A stretch of 47,863 bases of DNA from positions 1 to 47,863 of the forward strand of contig JAHWIM010000006.1 in assembly GCA_019322535.1 (NCBI GenBank). Reading direction: 5' to 3'. Positions 45,886 through 47,863 of this stretch are shown here, piece by piece. The DNA is from Candidatus Woesearchaeota archaeon (GTDB taxonomy: Archaea > Nanobdellota > Nanobdellia > Woesearchaeales > WJKL01). The stretch's first letter is position 1, and each line of letters starts with the position of its first letter. The position numbers and the translations under genes were made by a program. Below the pieces are notes generated by a model. That model was not told where the DNA came from. It ran no database searches and saw only the letters and a list, made by a program, of their open reading frames with translations.

Positions 45886-46901
45886 TTAATCTTCCTCACA
45901 ATGCCTTTATCAGCATCAACTTCAACGTAATCTCCATCTTTTAGAACTTTTGTTGCTATTTTTGTTCCAATAACACAGGGAATTCCCATTTCTCTAGAAA
46001 CTATTGCAGCATGGCTCATTATTCCGCCTTCATCAGTTACTACTGCTGCACTTTTATTAAAAAGTGGAACAAGATTTGGATTTGTGCTTGGCGAAACTAA
46101 TATGTCTCCTTTATCAAAAGGAATATTTGGAGTAGAATATAAAACTAATCTAACTCTTCCTTTAACTTTTCCAGGATAAGCAGATGTACCTTTTATAACA
46201 TCTGTTAATTTAATATTTTCAATTTTAGTGATAATTTTCATAGAATCATCAATAAACTCTACAGTTTCTTTTCCATCAAGTATTTGATAAACAAGATATT
46301 GTTTTCTTAGCTTTTGTTTTTTCCTATCCTTGATAACAGATTTGTTTCCATCAAGAACTTCAGAGACAGTCATAAGATTAATGTCGTCAGTTACTCCTAA
46401 ATTTTTTTGTGCTAAAGGAAGAATTATGTTATTTAGAAATTGAGGATAAAAAGAAACAGAGCGTAATTTTGCTGTTAATGCAAAAAGTTCTTTATCTTTG
46501 ATTTTCTCTTCATACAATATTTTATAAGCAAAAAAAGGAAAGAGTGTTGTTTTAAGCTGCATCTCAATAAAAAAATCAACTGCTTTTTCAAGAGTAAACT
46601 TTTTCTTCAAAGTAGAATTCATATTTTTATTAATCTCTATTCCTTCCTCAAGAATTTGTTTACATTTTTTAGGGTTTTTAATAACAATATTTTTTAAGTG
46701 ATTATTAAATCTCTTAAGTTGAGATTTAATTGAATACCTTCTCATAATATTAGGAAGCTCTTCGATAAATAACGCGTCTGGCAGATTTTCTCCTAAAATT
46801 TCCTTAGTTTTGTCAGAATTATACCATCTATACCATATAGAAGCACCTAATAAAGTAAATGGTCTTGTTAGATAATATGTCCAATCTTTATTTAATTTCA
46901 T
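45882..46901 (-). CDS. PEP-utilising-enzyme mobile (phosphohistidine swivel) domain protein with an unknown N-terminal domain
   Basis: 339 aa. The C-terminus reads GKVKGRVRLV..DILVSPSTNP.....AAVVTDEGGIMSHAAIVSREMGIPCVIG. The first roughly 230 aa are unrecognised. It overlaps both neighbours by 4 nt. Confidence 0.65.
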   Translation of the reverse strand: MKLNKDWTYYLTRPFTLLGASIWYRWYNSDKTKEILGENLPDALFIEELPNIMRRYSIKSQLKRFNNHLKNIVIKNPKKCKQILEEGIEINKNMNSTLKKKFTLEKAVDFFIEMQLKTTLFPFFAYKILYEEKIKDKELFALTAKLRSVSFYPQFLNNIILPLAQKNLGVTDDINLMTVSEVLDGNKSVIKDRKKQKLRKQYLVYQILDGKETVEFIDDSMKIITKIENIKLTDVIKGTSAYPGKVKGRVRLVLYSTPNIPFDKGDILVSPSTNPNLVPLFNKSAAVVTDEGGIMSHAAIVSREMGIPCVIGTKIATKVLKDGDYVEVDADKGIVRKIK

Positions 46902-47308
46902 AACTTCTTCAACTCCTTATATGCTTGTCTGAATTCTTTTTTTGTATATCTTAAATCTTTTAAAGCTTGCTCATAACTGCACCATTTGTAATCTGAATGT
47001 TCTTTAGATATGGTTATTTTGTCTTTTTTGTTTGCTTTTACTAAGAAGAAATTCTGGAATTTATGAATTTTTTCTCCTTCCCAAACAAACCAGTAATCTG
47101 ATTTGATATCTAATTTTTTAACAACTTCTACATCTTTTAAACCAGTCTCTTCTTTGACTTCTCTTTTAACAGCAGTTTCCCAGTCTTCTCCTTTTTCTTT
47201 TCCGCCTTGAACAAACTGCCATCCAACCCATGTTCCTTTTTTCTTAAGAATTAGAAATTTATCTTTATCAAACGTAATTGCAACAATATTTTGGATGACT
47301 TTTACCAT
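46898..47308 (-). CDS. Nudix hydrolase
   Basis: 136 aa with the Nudix box GGKEKGEDWETAVKREVKEETGL. Confidence 0.8.
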   Translation of the reverse strand: MVKVIQNIVAITFDKDKFLILKKKGTWVGWQFVQGGKEKGEDWETAVKREVKEETGLKDVEVVKKLDIKSDYWFVWEGEKIHKFQNFFLVKANKKDKITISKEHSDYKWCSYEQALKDLRYTKKEFRQAYKELKKL

Positions 47309-47340
47309 AAAATACCCCTTTTTAAAAATAAAAGAAGAAA

Positions 47341-47863
47341 TTATTTCTTCTTTTTGTCATCTTTTACTTCATAATCTGCGTCTACAACATTGTCATCTTT
47401 TTTTTCTTGTTTTTTCTCTTCTGTTTTTGCTCCTGGCTGAGGTCCTGCTTTGCCAGCTGCTTGTTGTTTCTTAGCCTGCTCTGCTGCAGCTTTCTGATAC
47501 ATTTCTGTTGCTGCTTCTTGAGCAAATTTCTCAATTTCTTCTACTTTTGCTTTAATCTTTGCAATGTCTTTTTTCTCTGGTTTCATTAATTCTTTTAATT
47601 CATCAACATGCTTCTTGACTGGCTCTAATTTTGCTTTATCTACTTTTCCTTCCATGTCTTTCATTGTTTTTTCTGTTGTATAAATCATTGTATCTGCTTT
47701 GTTAATGATTTCAACTTCTTCTTTTTTCTTTTTGTCTTCTTCTGCATGTGACTCTGCTTCTTTTTTCATTTTTTGAACGTCTTCTTCTGATAATTTAGTA
47801 CTTCCAGTTACCGTAATTTGCTGTTGTTTTCCTGTTCCTAAATCTTTAGCAGAGACATTTACA
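47341..47863 (-). CDS. dnaK: Chaperone DnaK, C-terminal part (5' end beyond the window)
   Basis: The frame is open to the window edge. VNVSAKDLGTGKQQQITVTGSTKLSEEDVQKMKKEAESHAEEDKKKKE matches the DnaK substrate-binding and lid region. K/E-rich tail. Confidence 0.85.
   Translation of the reverse strand, partial: VNVSAKDLGTGKQQQITVTGSTKLSEEDVQKMKKEAESHAEEDKKKKEEVEIINKADTMIYTTEKTMKDMEGKVDKAKLEPVKKHVDELKELMKPEKKDIAKIKAKVEEIEKFAQEAATEMYQKAAAEQAKKQQAAGKAGPQPGAKTEEKKQEKKDDNVVDADYEVKDDKKKK

Overview
Strongly AT-rich, gene-dense archaeal fragment, most consistent by eye with a small-genome DPANN-type archaeon. Archaeal markers are TFB, ribosomal protein S3Ae, Pth2, class I LysRS, a Dph6-like protein, archaeal-type NMNAT and an intron-containing tRNA. 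Bacterial-type GyrB, DnaK, DnaJ and MscS are also present. TTTATAAA-type TATA boxes sit 21-26 nt upstream of many ATGs, implying leaderless mRNAs, while genes inside operons use ATGA overlaps or GGTGG-type Shine-Dalgarno sites. I saw no rRNA, CRISPR array, transposase or integrase. All family names come from motif recognition by eye; no searches were run. The candidates most worth follow-up are listed here. (1) A minus-strand module at 14.6-17.2 kb has two tandem ATP-grasp ligases, one apparently circularly permuted, plus a PghP/DUF867-like gamma-glutamyl hydrolase, next to Pth2. A canonical RimK plus retropepsin-like protease pair lies 3 kb away. (2) A 1089-aa protein at 21.6-26.1 kb carries three receiver domains (one intact, two degenerate) and a roughly 650-aa uncharacterised C-terminal region. 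It overlaps a PHP phosphoesterase gene and is followed by a convergent AbrB-PhoU gene and a micro-ORF operon. (3) A dispersed family of A-arm/T-arm hairpins occupies 3' intergenic spacers, including a four-unit array with about 25-nt period between rps3ae and a ferredoxin gene. (4) A tRNA-Lys(CUU) candidate has two introns. (5) Orphan small-protein operons lie at 27.2-27.6 kb, 34.5-36.5 kb and 38.4-39.7 kb, two of which share a paralogous roughly 61-aa protein. (6) Four phosphohydrolase/phosphotransfer genes are wedged between dnaK and dnaJ.
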